Of a stretch of DNA of 64,000 nt, positions 1 through 10,060 are shown piece by piece. The DNA is taken from assembly GCA_963663765.2 (NCBI GenBank), contig CAXXUA010000005.1, positions 1,600,001-1,664,000 of the forward strand, read 5' to 3'. The stretch's first letter is position 1, and each line of letters begins with the position of its first letter. Source of the stretch: Candidatus Poribacteria bacterium. GTDB taxonomy: Bacteria > Poribacteria > WGA-4E > WGA-3G. The notes beneath the pieces were generated by a model. The model ran no database searches, had not been told where the DNA came from, and worked only from the letters and a program-made list of their open reading frames with translations. A program made the position numbers and the translations under genes.

Positions 1-498
1 TGGTGCAAACCAAGACGAGAAAAAGTCAGTTTCTACAAATCCTGTATCCAGATCAAAATGAATTGTGTCTGATGCAACTGCTCCTAAAGTAACCCCTAAC
101 ATAATGGGTGTTATGATGCTTCCAATAGCAAAAACAAGACTCCATCGTTGATGGGTAGTGTCAGATTGGTCATCGTAAGTGCGAAATACAAATGAGGTGC
201 CGCGAAGGACAATCCCAATCAGCATAAAGGTCAACGGGATATGTAATGCGGTTCCTATGGCAGCGAATGCAACTGGAAACGCGACAAAAAGTAATACAAT
301 TATAACAATCAACCAAACATGGTTTGCTTCCCAAATTGGTCCGATTGCGTGTGATATTAGGTCGCGTTGTTCTCTTGCGCGTGGTCCCGTAGCGAACAAA
401 TCCCAGATGCCGCCTCCAAAGTCGGCTCCCCCAGTCAACATATATATTATCAAAGATGCTAACATGACACCAGCTATCCAAATTTCAGGTCCTATCAT
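1..498 (-). CDS. cydB: Cytochrome bd ubiquinol oxidase subunit II (5' part; runs off window)
   Basis: Manual translation from ATG at 498: MIGPEIWIAGVMLASLIIYMLTGGADFGGGIWDL...AIGPIWEANHVWL, the CydB GxDFG and WxxNxVW motifs; downstream of cydA. Confidence 0.9.
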   Translation of the reverse strand, partial: MIGPEIWIAGVMLASLIIYMLTGGADFGGGIWDLFATGPRAREQRDLISHAIGPIWEANHVWLIVIIVLLFVAFPVAFAAIGTALHIPLTFMLIGIVLRGTSFVFRTYDDQSDTTHQRWSLVFAIGSIITPIMLGVTLGAVASDTIHFDLDTGFVETDFFSSWFAP

Positions 499-870
499 AG
501 ATTTTACCACTAATGTGAATGTTTAGAGAGCATAATGAAGATTAGTTAATATTAATTCGGTAAAAAATACTTCTCCAACGGTAAGCGTGCTTTGTAAGCG
601 CGCTGTTTAGATTTGATGTCCCAGCGCGCTTACAAAGCACGCCTACTATTAGCGCTTTGGAAAATGTGAATATACATCGCCTATCATAGATTTTACCACT
701 AATGTGAATGTTCAGAGAGCATAATGAAAATTAGTTAATATTAATTCGGTAAAAAAATACTTCTCCAACGGTAGGCGTGCTTTGTAAGCGCGCTGTTTAG
801 ATTTGATGTGCCAGCGCGCTTACAAAGCACACCTACCATTAGAGCTTTAAAAAATGTAAATATACATCGC
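491..870. repeat. Tandem duplication (2 x ~189 bp) of cydB start, upstream region, MITE-B left end and REP hairpin pair
   Basis: CCTATCATAGATTTTACCACTAATG starts at 491 and at 680; near-identical copies with a few SNPs. Confidence 0.9.
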
Positions 871-936
871 CAAATCAAGAAATCAACGGTATGAATCATG
901 GCTAATGCCATGCACGCATTCACCCAATGGCATTCC
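870..936 (-). mobile_element. Micro-element K (composite copy)
   Basis: Reverse complement GGAATGCC...ATTCATACCGTTGATTTCTTGATTTGG. Confidence 0.7.
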
Positions 937-964
937 ACAGCTACAAAGCTTGACAGCCATTAGT

Positions 965-2251
965 TCACTGGAAGATTTGACGCCGCATCAAGATTACAAC
1001 AATAATTGAAAGGAAGATATATAGCAAGGTAAAACCAATAAACGGAATAACAAGATGGGGCATGGGTGTCACTGCCTCTGATGTACGCATAATGTTGTAT
1101 ATAACCCACGGCTGCCGTCCAACTTCTGTTACCGTCCATCCTGCTTCAATTGCGATAAATCCCAGCGGTGAGCAACATGTGATAAACTTGAGAAACCACC
1201 GATTTGTCGGTATGTTTTTTTGTTTCCATGCCAACCAACCACCTATGATCCCAGCAACAATCATGACTATTCCACACGCAACCATAATCTGAAAAGCGAT
1301 ATGAACTATTGTTACTGGGGGTCGATTCTCTGGTTGTACATCTTTAAGTCCCATAATTTCAGCGTTAAAGTCACTGTGTGCAAGAAAACTGAGTGCTTTC
1401 GGTATTTCTAAAGCGTATCGTGTTACTTCTGCATCTTCATCTGGTATTCCACCAATTCGTAATGGTGCGCCGCGTTCAGTTTCCCATTGTCCTTCCATTG
1501 CAGCGAGTTTGATGGGTTGATGTTCTGCGAGTCGTTTTGCACTGATGTCCCCAGAAATTGGTTGCAATAATGCAAAAACACCTCCCACACTCAATGCAAT
1601 TGCAAATGCTTTACGATGTAAAGCATTGTTTGGGTCACGTCTCAGACAGTATGCATGTATCCCCGCAGCACCAAAGCCTACTGCGATGAAAGCAGCAAGA
1701 GTCATGTGTAGAGTTTGACTAAATGAAGATGGGTTTAGCATTGCAGCGATAGGATCAATGTCTATTGGTTTGCCATCAACGATTGAAAAACCTGTGGGTG
1801 TGTTCATCCATGCATTTGCAGTAACTACAAAGATACCTGACATCATCCCACCAAGGAGGACCATTCCGCCAGAGAGCAAGTGAACTTTCTTTGGGACCCG
1901 TTCCCATCCATAAAGGTATATGCCAAGAAAAATTGCTTCTATGAAAAATGCTAATCCTTCTAACGAAAACGGCATTCCGATGATGGGTCCTGCGTAAGCC
2001 ATGAAACCAGGCCACAGCAACCCAAGTTCAAAAGATAAAACTGTACCCGAGACAGCACCGACAGCAAACATGATTGCTGTTCCTTTTGACCAACGTTTTG
2101 CGAGTGTAAGATATGTATCATCTTTTGTTTTTAACCACAGTCCTTCTGCAATGACCATCAATAGTGGCATTGCAATGCCAACGGATGCAAAGATAATATG
2201 AAAGGCGAGTGACATTGCCATCTGAGAGCGAGCTGCTAACAGATCTTCCAT
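965..2251 (-). CDS. cydA: Cytochrome bd ubiquinol oxidase subunit I
   Basis: FHIIF, FAVGAVSG, QPIKLAAMEG and EVGRQPW motifs. Confidence 0.95.
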   Translation of the reverse strand: MEDLLAARSQMAMSLAFHIIFASVGIAMPLLMVIAEGLWLKTKDDTYLTLAKRWSKGTAIMFAVGAVSGTVLSFELGLLWPGFMAYAGPIIGMPFSLEGLAFFIEAIFLGIYLYGWERVPKKVHLLSGGMVLLGGMMSGIFVVTANAWMNTPTGFSIVDGKPIDIDPIAAMLNPSSFSQTLHMTLAAFIAVGFGAAGIHAYCLRRDPNNALHRKAFAIALSVGGVFALLQPISGDISAKRLAEHQPIKLAAMEGQWETERGAPLRIGGIPDEDAEVTRYALEIPKALSFLAHSDFNAEIMGLKDVQPENRPPVTIVHIAFQIMVACGIVMIVAGIIGGWLAWKQKNIPTNRWFLKFITCCSPLGFIAIEAGWTVTEVGRQPWVIYNIMRTSEAVTPMPHLVIPFIGFTLLYIFLSIIVVILMRRQIFQ

Positions 2252-2304
2252 GTGTTTATACCTGATACAATGTTAATAATAATTTTACATCTTCTTAATA
2301 TGTC

Positions 2305-2332
2305 AAAAAAATAGGCGGGTAGTGAACCCGCC
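2305..2332 (-). terminator. Rho-independent terminator after the PhyH gene
   Basis: GGCGGGT-loop-ACCCGCC followed by a T-run on the minus strand. Confidence 0.6.
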
Positions 2333-2350
2333 AATGTGATGTTTTAAGAA

Positions 2351-3178
2351 TTAGGCTGCCCACGGCTCAAGCCCCAACAGTTTCTTACCTAAAGGGGTCA
2401 ACTCAGCGGTTTTCCCTTGGTGATGCTCTTTTTCTTTCTGTTTTTTACCAAGACCGGTAAGTCGTTCGCGCCAACCTGTAACTCTATGTTCATTGGTATC
2501 TTTACCGTTATTTGGTGCTGGATTCATAGTAATATATTGAGCCAACCTTGGAAATTCAGCAGAATTAGGACTACTACCGTGCGGTAATGCGCTATGCCAG
2601 ATGATCAAATCTCCTGCCTTCCCAGGAATTGGTACACGTTCAGACTGATGTTCTTCCCGTATCACCCGTTGTGGATCCTTATCAGATGGAAGATCCTTCA
2701 ACCAATTCTCCAATTTCTTATGAAAACCCGGTATACATGTAAAAGCCCCTTGATTACCGGGAGTATCCGCAAGATATAGAACACCCTGCACTTTCAACCG
2801 TACAGGCATATCTAACGACATATCCCAATGTAAATGAGGTCCAGGGAACTTCCAATCATCCCGTTCTGGTGGATTCATGCTCGCGCGATCAAAACTGACC
2901 CATAGTTTCTCGGTCCCCCAGATTTCAGAAAAGGCTTGATGTAAGCGCGGATACTGTCTGTTATCCCATAAGGCTTGGTGTTGATAAATCTCCACCATAA
3001 TACCACGTCGCGGCGGATCTGCTGGATACCAACTTTCTGGATTCTCACTGTCCATTTCAAGAAAGTCCCATACAGCTTTTTCAGCGGCACGGCAGTTTTC
3101 CATTGGAACTGCTTCAGGGACAATCACATAACCGTGTTCATCCCAAAATTCTAAGTCTTCTTTAGTAAATACAGGCAT
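2351..3178 (-). CDS. Phytanoyl-CoA dioxygenase (PhyH)-family Fe(II)/2OG dioxygenase
   Basis: HxD (HWD), IPGFH and GDLIIWHSALPHG motifs. Confidence 0.85.
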   Translation of the reverse strand: MPVFTKEDLEFWDEHGYVIVPEAVPMENCRAAEKAVWDFLEMDSENPESWYPADPPRRGIMVEIYQHQALWDNRQYPRLHQAFSEIWGTEKLWVSFDRASMNPPERDDWKFPGPHLHWDMSLDMPVRLKVQGVLYLADTPGNQGAFTCIPGFHKKLENWLKDLPSDKDPQRVIREEHQSERVPIPGKAGDLIIWHSALPHGSSPNSAEFPRLAQYITMNPAPNNGKDTNEHRVTGWRERLTGLGKKQKEKEHHQGKTAELTPLGKKLLGLEPWAA

Positions 3179-3195
3179 AATGAACTCCTAATTAA

Positions 3196-4356
3196 ACGAC
3201 TTGTGCCAGTTACTTATATATGTGCAATATTCAATTTTACTTAATTTATTAAGATTTGAAGATTTCTCTTTACTTTAATCCATCCTTATGCTTTTCTTTA
3301 TTACATATCCTATAAAAAAGGAAGCAAAAGGATGGATTTACATAATACATTAGAAGAGCATGTAATGCAACTAAAAAATAAACCCCGCACTCTACGAAAT
3401 GAAGCCTTAGTCGTAAAAGAGATTACTGCGACACTTTACGAGAACTACTTTCCGGGTGCTGAAAAACTTAGACCAGGACCAAAAAGCCGTTGCCCAGATA
3501 GTGATATTATTTGCATCGCTTGGTTATTAGAAATCATTGGAAAAGACAGTGAACTCGCTGGATACAAAATGATCAAAGCAGAACTCAGTGATCTATTCCA
3601 ACATTTACCCGAACGCTCTCGCTTCAATAGGAGATGGAGAAACTTGTGCTATATAAGCGATAAACTCAGGCAAGTATTGACACAGTTTTTACCAGATGAT
3701 GATGTGTATATTGTAGATAGTTTACCAGTGCCTGTATGTGATTTCAAGCGAGCATATGCTTCTACTTCTCCTCTCAAATGTGCAAATGGAACAGGCACTT
3801 TAGCTGCTTATGCAAAGTGTGCGACAAAAGCACTGGGCACTTTCTTAGGATTTCGGTGTAGTGTTCTAACGACTTCTTATGGATTACCTGTTGATTTTGC
3901 GATCACGCCAGCAGACATGGATGACAGAGAAGTTCTTCCGTTGTTTTGTGAGCGTGGCACTTATCCTACTATCATTGGAGACAAAGGATATATTAGTGAG
4001 GAACTTGAAGCACAATTACTAAAAACCTACAATGTCTGTCTATTACCGACGCGGCGCAAGAATCAAAAAGCACAATATCCACCAAAGTTTCGCAAACTGC
4101 ATCAGAAAATAAGAAGAAGGATTGAAACAACGATTAGTCAACTGACCCAACAGTTCAATGTTTCACGGATACGTGCGCGTTCCCATTGGGGAATGCTGAC
4201 ACGATTCAGCAATAAGTTTGCGGGTTTTACACTCGGTGTCTTCTTAAACAAATGTTTAGGACGCAAGTTGATGGCATTAAAAGATGTTGTCCACGCATAA
4301 ACTCACATAATAGTATTTAACATATTACATACATATAATCATTTAGCACAAGTCGT
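3196..4356 (+). mobile_element. Complete IS982-family insertion sequence
   Basis: TIRs ACGACTTGTGC/GCACAAGTCGT; 7-bp TSD TAATTAA at 3189-3195 and 4357-4363; transposase inside. Confidence 0.9.
3332..4300 (+). CDS. IS982-family DDE transposase
   Basis: LPERSRFNRR, IVDSLP, GDKGY and RRRIET motifs. Confidence 0.9.
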   Translation: MDLHNTLEEHVMQLKNKPRTLRNEALVVKEITATLYENYFPGAEKLRPGPKSRCPDSDIICIAWLLEIIGKDSELAGYKMIKAELSDLFQHLPERSRFNRRWRNLCYISDKLRQVLTQFLPDDDVYIVDSLPVPVCDFKRAYASTSPLKCANGTGTLAAYAKCATKALGTFLGFRCSVLTTSYGLPVDFAITPADMDDREVLPLFCERGTYPTIIGDKGYISEELEAQLLKTYNVCLLPTRRKNQKAQYPPKFRKLHQKIRRRIETTISQLTQQFNVSRIRARSHWGMLTRFSNKFAGFTLGVFLNKCLGRKLMALKDVVHA

Positions 4357-4359
4357 TAA

Positions 4360-5040
4360 TTAAGTAAAATGTTTGCGTGCGTAATCAAGTCGTTCAGGAA
4401 CACCGATGTCAATCCATTCTGTTTTGACTTTGTGGACATAAAGATTCGTTAGGTTGGGGAAGACATCGCGTTCAATAGAAAAAACTTCCTTATTAGGAAA
4501 TGCGTCAATTATTGAGCGATTAAAAAGAAAAACAGCACCATTTGCACAACCTGCTCGTGTTGTCTGTTGTTTTTCTCTGAATTCAATGATGCGTCCTTGT
4601 GTGTCAGCGACTATTTCCCCATAGGATGTTAGATCCTTTACCGAAATCCCGAGTAACACCCCATCCATTTCTGGTTGTAAACTGGAAAACATTTCATCTA
4701 ATGACATATCCTTTAGCAATATGTCACCGTGTAAGACATAAACAGGAAAATCGTGAACAAGTTGAAAAGCGTTCTTTATTGCACCACCGGTACCGAGGGG
4801 TTTATCCTCCTTTGCATATAGGATTTTTATACCTGCAAAAGTCTCACCAACATGAGTATACAACACGTTATGTAAATGTCCTGACGCGAGAATGACTTCA
4901 TTAACCCCCGCAGTAGAAAGCAGTCTTAGCTGCCATTCTAACACAGTGTAATCACCGATTTTCAATAGAACTTTCGGCAGTTTTTCTGTCGTCTGACCAA
5001 GTCTGGTTGAAAGTCCTCCACAGAGAATAATCGCTTGCAT
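4360..5040 (-). CDS. Sugar-phosphate nucleotidyltransferase (NTP_transferase family)
   Basis: AIILCGGLSTRL...PK, LGTGGAI and WIDIG motifs. Confidence 0.85.
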   Translation of the reverse strand: MQAIILCGGLSTRLGQTTEKLPKVLLKIGDYTVLEWQLRLLSTAGVNEVILASGHLHNVLYTHVGETFAGIKILYAKEDKPLGTGGAIKNAFQLVHDFPVYVLHGDILLKDMSLDEMFSSLQPEMDGVLLGISVKDLTSYGEIVADTQGRIIEFREKQQTTRAGCANGAVFLFNRSIIDAFPNKEVFSIERDVFPNLTNLYVHKVKTEWIDIGVPERLDYARKHFT

Positions 5041-5052
5041 GGCGTATTTGCC

Positions 5053-5442
5053 TTATAGGGTATCTGTATCGGGTATAAAATCAAAAGCATTCTCTATCTG
5101 CTCAAATTGTAGTACTTCAAGTTTGGGTGACAAATGGATTGCAATCACATCAAAACGGCAGGGAGCATCTAACAGGTTTTCAGCTTGTAAATATGCTAAT
5201 GCGATTTTTGAAATCTGTTTCTGCTTTTGTTGGGTAACTGCGTTTTGGGGTAATCCAAATTTTAAACTACGACGAGTCTTTACTTCAACAAATACGATTC
5301 TTTTTCCTTGCAGGGCAATAAGGTCAATTTCTCCACGTTGGTAACGGTAATTTTGTGCAAGTATTTGATATCCATGTGTTCTTAGGTGTGTCGCTGCGAT
5401 ATTTTCTCCAATTTTTGCAATGTTTGTTGATGAACGTTGCAT
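5053..5442 (-). CDS. yraN: YraN-family putative endonuclease (UPF0102)
   Basis: GE..A, GEIDLI, FVEVKTR and RFDV motifs; follows rnhB. Confidence 0.9.
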   Translation of the reverse strand: MQRSSTNIAKIGENIAATHLRTHGYQILAQNYRYQRGEIDLIALQGKRIVFVEVKTRRSLKFGLPQNAVTQQKQKQISKIALAYLQAENLLDAPCRFDVIAIHLSPKLEVLQFEQIENAFDFIPDTDTL

Positions 5443-5477
5443 GGATATTCCTCAAATCCGTACACCATTGAATAAGA

Positions 5478-6095
5478 TTAATCTGCAAGTAATTTGAAGG
5501 TGTTCCTGTGGATGTCTGATATACCGAACATCGCAATTGCATGCCGATGTTGTTTTGTTGGATACCCTTTGTGCTGCTTAAACCCGTAATTTGGATATAT
5601 CTCATCAAACGCAATCATGAGTCGATCACGCGATGTCTTTGCAATCACTGATGCAGCAGCAATAGACAGACTCAGGTTATCCCCTTTTGGGATTGCCTGG
5701 CCTGGTATATGAACGTTTGGCATCTTTGAACCATCTACAAGCAGAAAATCAGGTTTTGGAACAAGTTGTTCAATTGCCTGTAGCATTGCCAATAACGTTG
5801 CTTGCAGGATATTCACACGTTCTATTTGGTGGTTGTCTACTGTTCCAACACCAACAGAAATAGCAACTTGATATATTTCATCAGACAACAAGTCACGTTG
5901 TTTTGGTGTAAGTTTCTTTGAATCTTTTAATCCATCAATTTTACAATTAATAGGTAATACAACGGCAGCAGCGACGACTGGACCGGCTAATGAGCCCCTT
6001 CCAGCTTCATCAATTCCAGCAATTTGAGTGTATCCCTTTTCAATGCATGTGCGCTCATAAGCGTACATCTTGTTATCTTCGACGTTCTTTGACAC
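5478..6095 (-). CDS. rnhB: Ribonuclease HII
   Basis: [18 protein letters not shown] and [10 protein letters not shown] motifs. Confidence 0.95.
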   Translation of the reverse strand: MSKNVEDNKMYAYERTCIEKGYTQIAGIDEAGRGSLAGPVVAAAVVLPINCKIDGLKDSKKLTPKQRDLLSDEIYQVAISVGVGTVDNHQIERVNILQATLLAMLQAIEQLVPKPDFLLVDGSKMPNVHIPGQAIPKGDNLSLSIAAASVIAKTSRDRLMIAFDEIYPNYGFKQHKGYPTKQHRHAIAMFGISDIHRNTFKLLAD

Positions 6096-6417
6096 GTGCA
6101 GATTTTCCTATACGGTCTCTCAAATAATATAATTTTGCACGTCTAACAGCACCATATCTTACGACTTTGATGCTTTCAATATTCGGTGAATGTAGTGGGA
6201 AAGTCCGTTCACTACCGGTACCGAATGCAACACGTCTGACAGTAAAAGAAGCACGTGTGCCACCATGTGCTCGTCGAATTACGGTGCCTTCATAAGCCTG
6301 TATTCGTTCCTTTTGTCCTTCACGGATACGCGTGTTCACTCTAACAATATCTCCAGGACCAAACTCTGGAATATCTTCCTTCTTATATTGACTTTCTACA
6401 GATTCAATTAAGTTCAT
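6073..6417 (-). CDS. rplS: 50S ribosomal protein L19
   Basis: GKERIQ-like segment, [19 protein letters not shown]; start ATG 6417 after GGAGG. Confidence 0.95.
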   Translation of the reverse strand: MNLIESVESQYKKEDIPEFGPGDIVRVNTRIREGQKERIQAYEGTVIRRAHGGTRASFTVRRVAFGTGSERTFPLHSPNIESIKVVRYGAVRRAKLYYLRDRIGKSARVKERRR

Positions 6418-6501
6418 TGTTTTTCCTCCTTTCCAAAATATCTTATTGCTATTATGTACGATTTCCAACGATGCAAAATGAGAATATAATTACTATTAGA
6501 A

Positions 6502-7224
6502 TTATTCTTCGTCTACTTTGAGGATTGCAAGTTCCTCGTCTGTCAGTTCAAGCTTTTGTAGTAGATCGGGACGGTGACGAGCAGTCCTTTTTAGTGCTTG
6601 TATGTTCCGCCATTTTTTTATATTTTCGTGATGTCCACTCAATAGGACATCAGGAACTTTCATACCTTCAAATTCTGCAGGACGTGTGTAGTGTGGGTGG
6701 TCAAGTAATTCTTGACTGAAAGAGTCCTCATGTGCAGATTCAAAATCACCTAATGCCCCCGGTAACACCCGTCCGATTGCATCAATAAGTACCAATGCTG
6801 CGATTTCTCCACCGCTTAACACGTAGTCACCTATAGAGATTTCGGTTGTGATGATTTTCGTTCGGACTCGCTCATCAATACCTTTATATCGTCCACAAAT
6901 AAGGATCAAATGTTCCTCTAATGACAATGCCTCTACGAGTCGTTGCGTCAACGGTGTTCCCTGTGGAGTCAAATACACGATTTGTGCATTTGACTCTGTG
7001 TTTAAATCAGTAACAGCTGCAAAGATCGGTTCTGGTTTCAGTATCATCCCAGCCCCACCACCATAAGGATAATCGTCAACAGACTGATGTTTATCTGTTG
7101 TCCAATTTCGCAGGTTGTAAAGGTTGATTGAGAGTCCGCCTGCATCTTGGATTCGTTTTAGGATTCCTGTATGTAGGGAGGGTGTGATTATCTCAGGAAA
7201 CAGCGCGAGCACATCCATTTTCAT
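6502..7224 (-). CDS. trmD: tRNA (guanine37-N1)-methyltransferase
   Basis: DDYPYGGGAGM, SIGDYVLSGGE and LLSGHH motifs. Confidence 0.95.
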   Translation of the reverse strand: MKMDVLALFPEIITPSLHTGILKRIQDAGGLSINLYNLRNWTTDKHQSVDDYPYGGGAGMILKPEPIFAAVTDLNTESNAQIVYLTPQGTPLTQRLVEALSLEEHLILICGRYKGIDERVRTKIITTEISIGDYVLSGGEIAALVLIDAIGRVLPGALGDFESAHEDSFSQELLDHPHYTRPAEFEGMKVPDVLLSGHHENIKKWRNIQALKRTARHRPDLLQKLELTDEELAILKVDEE

Positions 7225-7248
7225 TTTGATATTTGTTGGTGATCGCTA

Positions 7249-7506
7249 TTATTGTTCTTCTTCTGTTCTCGGCTCCTCAATTAATTCAAGAATGACCTTT
7301 TTATTTACTTTCAATCCTGCTGTATAGAGCAGTGTTCGAATAGCTTTTAGAGTTCGTCCGTATCGTCCGATAATTTTTCCCAAATCTGCTTCACTGACAC
7401 ACAGTTCAATGATAACCACTTTTTCGCCAGTCACTTCACGTACGAGTACATCATCTGGATAATCAACAAGTGCTTTTACGATGTATTCTATAAGTTCTTT
7501 GAACAT
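7249..7506 (-). CDS. khpA: KH-domain RNA-binding protein
   Basis: ELIEYIVKALVD.PD and DLGKIIGR.GRT; lies between rpsP and trmD; start ATG 7506 chosen. Confidence 0.85.
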   Translation of the reverse strand: MFKELIEYIVKALVDYPDDVLVREVTGEKVVIIELCVSEADLGKIIGRYGRTLKAIRTLLYTAGLKVNKKVILELIEEPRTEEEQ

Positions 7507-7546
7507 AACTAACTTTTTATGGTTATTAAGCGCGAAAACGTACATG

Positions 7547-7646
7547 ACAGCCAATCTCATAAATGTGATTTTGTCCAAATTCACAGCATCGTGTGTCTGA
7601 CATCGCGGGGTTAGAAACCCCTCCTACCATTTATGAGATAGGTTGT
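7547..7646. mobile_element. MITE-F (IS5-type ends) carrying a GTAG REP hairpin
   Basis: ACAGCCAATCTCATAAAT...ATTTATGAGATAGGTTGT; ends match the IS5 at 52891-54420 and the MITE at 52282-52377. Confidence 0.75.
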
Positions 7647-7668
7647 AGAAATGACATAAAAATATAAC

Positions 7669-8190
7669 CTATTCTTCTTCGGAAGGTTCTGATGTTTCTT
7701 CGGAAGGTTCTGATGTTTCTTCGGAAGGTTCTGATGTTTCTTCGGAAGGTTCTGATGTTTCTTCGGAAGGTTCTGATGTTTCTTCGGAAGGTTCTGATGT
7801 TTCTTCGGAAGGTTCTGATGTTTCTTCAGAAGTAGCTGCTTCCTGTTCCTCAACAAGTTGAGGAGTTTCAGCATCGTCGCGGGTTTCTACTGTTTCAGTT
7901 TCATCGTTTTCAGGGAACGGTTTACCGAGTTTTTCGTAAGTAAATTTTTTCCAGATACCTTTTTGTGAAAGCAATCTTTTTGCTGTATCGGTGGGTTGTG
8001 CCCCCCGTCTCAACCATTTCAAAGCTTTCTCTTCATCAATAACGACATCTGCTGGCTCATCAATCGGATTGTAATGTCCGAGTCGTTCCAAAAACACACC
8101 GTCCCGTTGGGCTCGTGCATCAGCTGCTACGAGCCGATAAAACGGGCGTTTTTTTCTGCCGTGTCGTTGCAATCTAATTCTAACTGCCAA
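7669..8190 (-). CDS. rpsP: 30S ribosomal protein S16 with acidic repeat tail
   Basis: [19 protein letters not shown] and GAQPTDT; C-terminal (EETSEPS)x7. Confidence 0.95.
   Translation of the reverse strand: MAVRIRLQRHGRKKRPFYRLVAADARAQRDGVFLERLGHYNPIDEPADVVIDEEKALKWLRRGAQPTDTAKRLLSQKGIWKKFTYEKLGKPFPENDETETVETRDDAETPQLVEEQEAATSEETSEPSEETSEPSEETSEPSEETSEPSEETSEPSEETSEPSEETSEPSEEE
7681..7827. repeat. 21-bp perfect coding VNTR x7 in rpsP
   Basis: GGAAGGTTCTGATGTTTCTTC repeated 7 times. Confidence 0.95.
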
Positions 8191-8275
8191 AAAATTCCTC
8201 CTGGTAAATGTTATTTAACCATCAATATGAGCCTGTTTCGTTTCTTACATTTTAAGTTAATATGTTGCATCTTTG

Positions 8276-9664
8276 CTATTTTCGTCGTCTACGTTTTCGT
8301 GGTTTTCTTACTTTACGTTGGTTTCCTGGGAGGACTCCCATTTTACCAGCCATTTTCGGCAAACCCATCGCAGTCTGTTGGCTCAACATGTTATTCATCA
8401 TACGTAGTTGATTCACCAACTGATTAACCTGATTTACCGATGTCCCACTGCCTTTAGATATACGAAGTTTTCTACTTCTATCCAGCAATTGTGGATTCTG
8501 TCGTTCTGCTGGTGTCATGGATTGTATCATCGCTTTTGCATATTTTAGATGACTTTCATCAGGTTGTATGTCTTTGATGGGTAATTGACTTTTGAATGGT
8601 ACAAGGTCCAGCAATTGGTCAAGGGGTCCCATATTTTTTATTTGTTCAAGTTGTGTAAGAAAGTCGTTAAAATTTAGACCTTTTTTCTCAGTAAGTTTGC
8701 GTTCTAATTCTTTTGCTTGGTCTTCGTTAAAGACAGCTTCGGCTTTTTCCATGAGAGTTTGGAAATCGCCTTGTCCGATAATACGAGATGCCATCCGTTC
8801 GGGATGGAATTCCTCTAATGTCGTTGCGTCAATTTTCTCACCAACCCCAATGAATTTTATGGGTTTGTCTGTTACAGAACGTATTGAAAGAGCGGCACCA
8901 CCTCGTGCGTCACCATCCATTTTTGTTAGAATCACACCACTAATTTCCAAATCACTGTTGAAGTTTTCGGCAACATTAACAGCGTCTTGTCCTGTCATTG
9001 CATCAACGACGAGTAGTATTTCAGAGGGGTTCACAGCATTCTTGATACCTTTTAACTCGTCCATTAAAGTCACATCAATGTGTAAACGTCCGGCTGTGTC
9101 TATAATAACGCAATCGTATCCGCGTTGTAATGCATCTTTTACGGAGTCTTTAGCGATTTTGACAGGTGAAACATCTGTTCCAAGTGAAAAAACGGGTGCT
9201 TGAATCTGTTCGCCAAGTACTTGAAGTTGTTTGATTGCAGCAGGTCGATAGACGTCAGCAGCGACTAACATAGGATTCCGACCGTCCTTACGGAATTTAA
9301 GTGCTAATTTTGCTGCGACTGTCGTTTTTCCAGCGCCTTGCAATCCAGCTAACATCACAACGGTTGGACCGATAGGAGCAATCTGTATCTTAGCAGATTC
9401 TGTTCCCATCAATGCAGTCAATTCTTCTCTGATAATTTTTGCAATTTGGAGTTCAGGTGTGAGGCTCCCCATCACCTCCTGACCAAGTGCGCGTTCCTTT
9501 ATCTTTTCAATGAAATCGCGCGTTACAGTATAGTTGACATCTGCTTCTAACAGAGCGCGTCGCACCTCACGCAGAGAATCAGAGATGTTTTTCTCTGTCA
9601 GTTTTCCCTGACCTTTTATTTTTTTGAAAGTATTTTGTAATCGGTCACTCAAACTCTCAAACAT
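8276..9664 (-). CDS. ffh: Signal recognition particle protein
   Basis: MFESLSDRL, GLQGAGKTT, DTAGR, TKMDGDARGG and M-domain. Confidence 0.95.
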   Translation of the reverse strand: MFESLSDRLQNTFKKIKGQGKLTEKNISDSLREVRRALLEADVNYTVTRDFIEKIKERALGQEVMGSLTPELQIAKIIREELTALMGTESAKIQIAPIGPTVVMLAGLQGAGKTTVAAKLALKFRKDGRNPMLVAADVYRPAAIKQLQVLGEQIQAPVFSLGTDVSPVKIAKDSVKDALQRGYDCVIIDTAGRLHIDVTLMDELKGIKNAVNPSEILLVVDAMTGQDAVNVAENFNSDLEISGVILTKMDGDARGGAALSIRSVTDKPIKFIGVGEKIDATTLEEFHPERMASRIIGQGDFQTLMEKAEAVFNEDQAKELERKLTEKKGLNFNDFLTQLEQIKNMGPLDQLLDLVPFKSQLPIKDIQPDESHLKYAKAMIQSMTPAERQNPQLLDRSRKLRISKGSGTSVNQVNQLVNQLRMMNNMLSQQTAMGLPKMAGKMGVLPGNQRKVRKPRKRRRRK

Positions 9665-9702
9665 GACGACATATCCTTTTATCAATGGGATTCAATTAAA
9701 GA

Positions 9703-9731
9703 ATTATAGCAGATATAAGAGGTGGTGTCAA
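9703..9731 (-). promoter_or_regulatory. Sigma70-type promoter of the ffh operon
   Basis: TTGACA-17 nt-TATAAT with extended -10 TG on the minus strand. Confidence 0.75.
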
Positions 9732-9819
9732 GTTTTTTTAGCATTGCAGAGCATTTGTTTTTCGGTAATTAGCCTATTATAGCACGAAGGTTACGATACC
9801 GATTCAGTATAATCAGCAA

Positions 9820-10043
9820 AAGGTGTGCAAAGTTTTTCGCAGAAAGAATTACGGATTACACGGATTACACAGATTTCGCGGATAAGACAGCAGCATTAGA
9901 TTGCATTGCTTAGGATAACGTTAACATAAGTAAGACGACCACAGCAGAGAACTTATCCGTGTTCTTCGTGTAATCCGCAGATTACGTGATTCCAACATAT
10001 CTAACAATTCAGATAACAACATGCGAAAAACTTTACACACCCT
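9820..10043. mobile_element. MITE-C (GGTGTGTAAAGTTTTT ends) with internal ACGGATTAC-type repeats
   Basis: AGGTGTGCAAAGTTTTTCGCA...TGCGAAAAACTTTACACACCCT. Confidence 0.7.
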
Positions 10044-10060
10044 ATAAGCATAGGTTTATT

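Noticed and set aside
7611-7874. ORF with (KKHQNLP)n
   Set aside because: Alternative-frame reading of the rpsP VNTR.
8592-9203. 203-aa plus-strand ORF and many similar antisense ORFs
   Set aside because: Shadow ORFs opposite well-supported genes.
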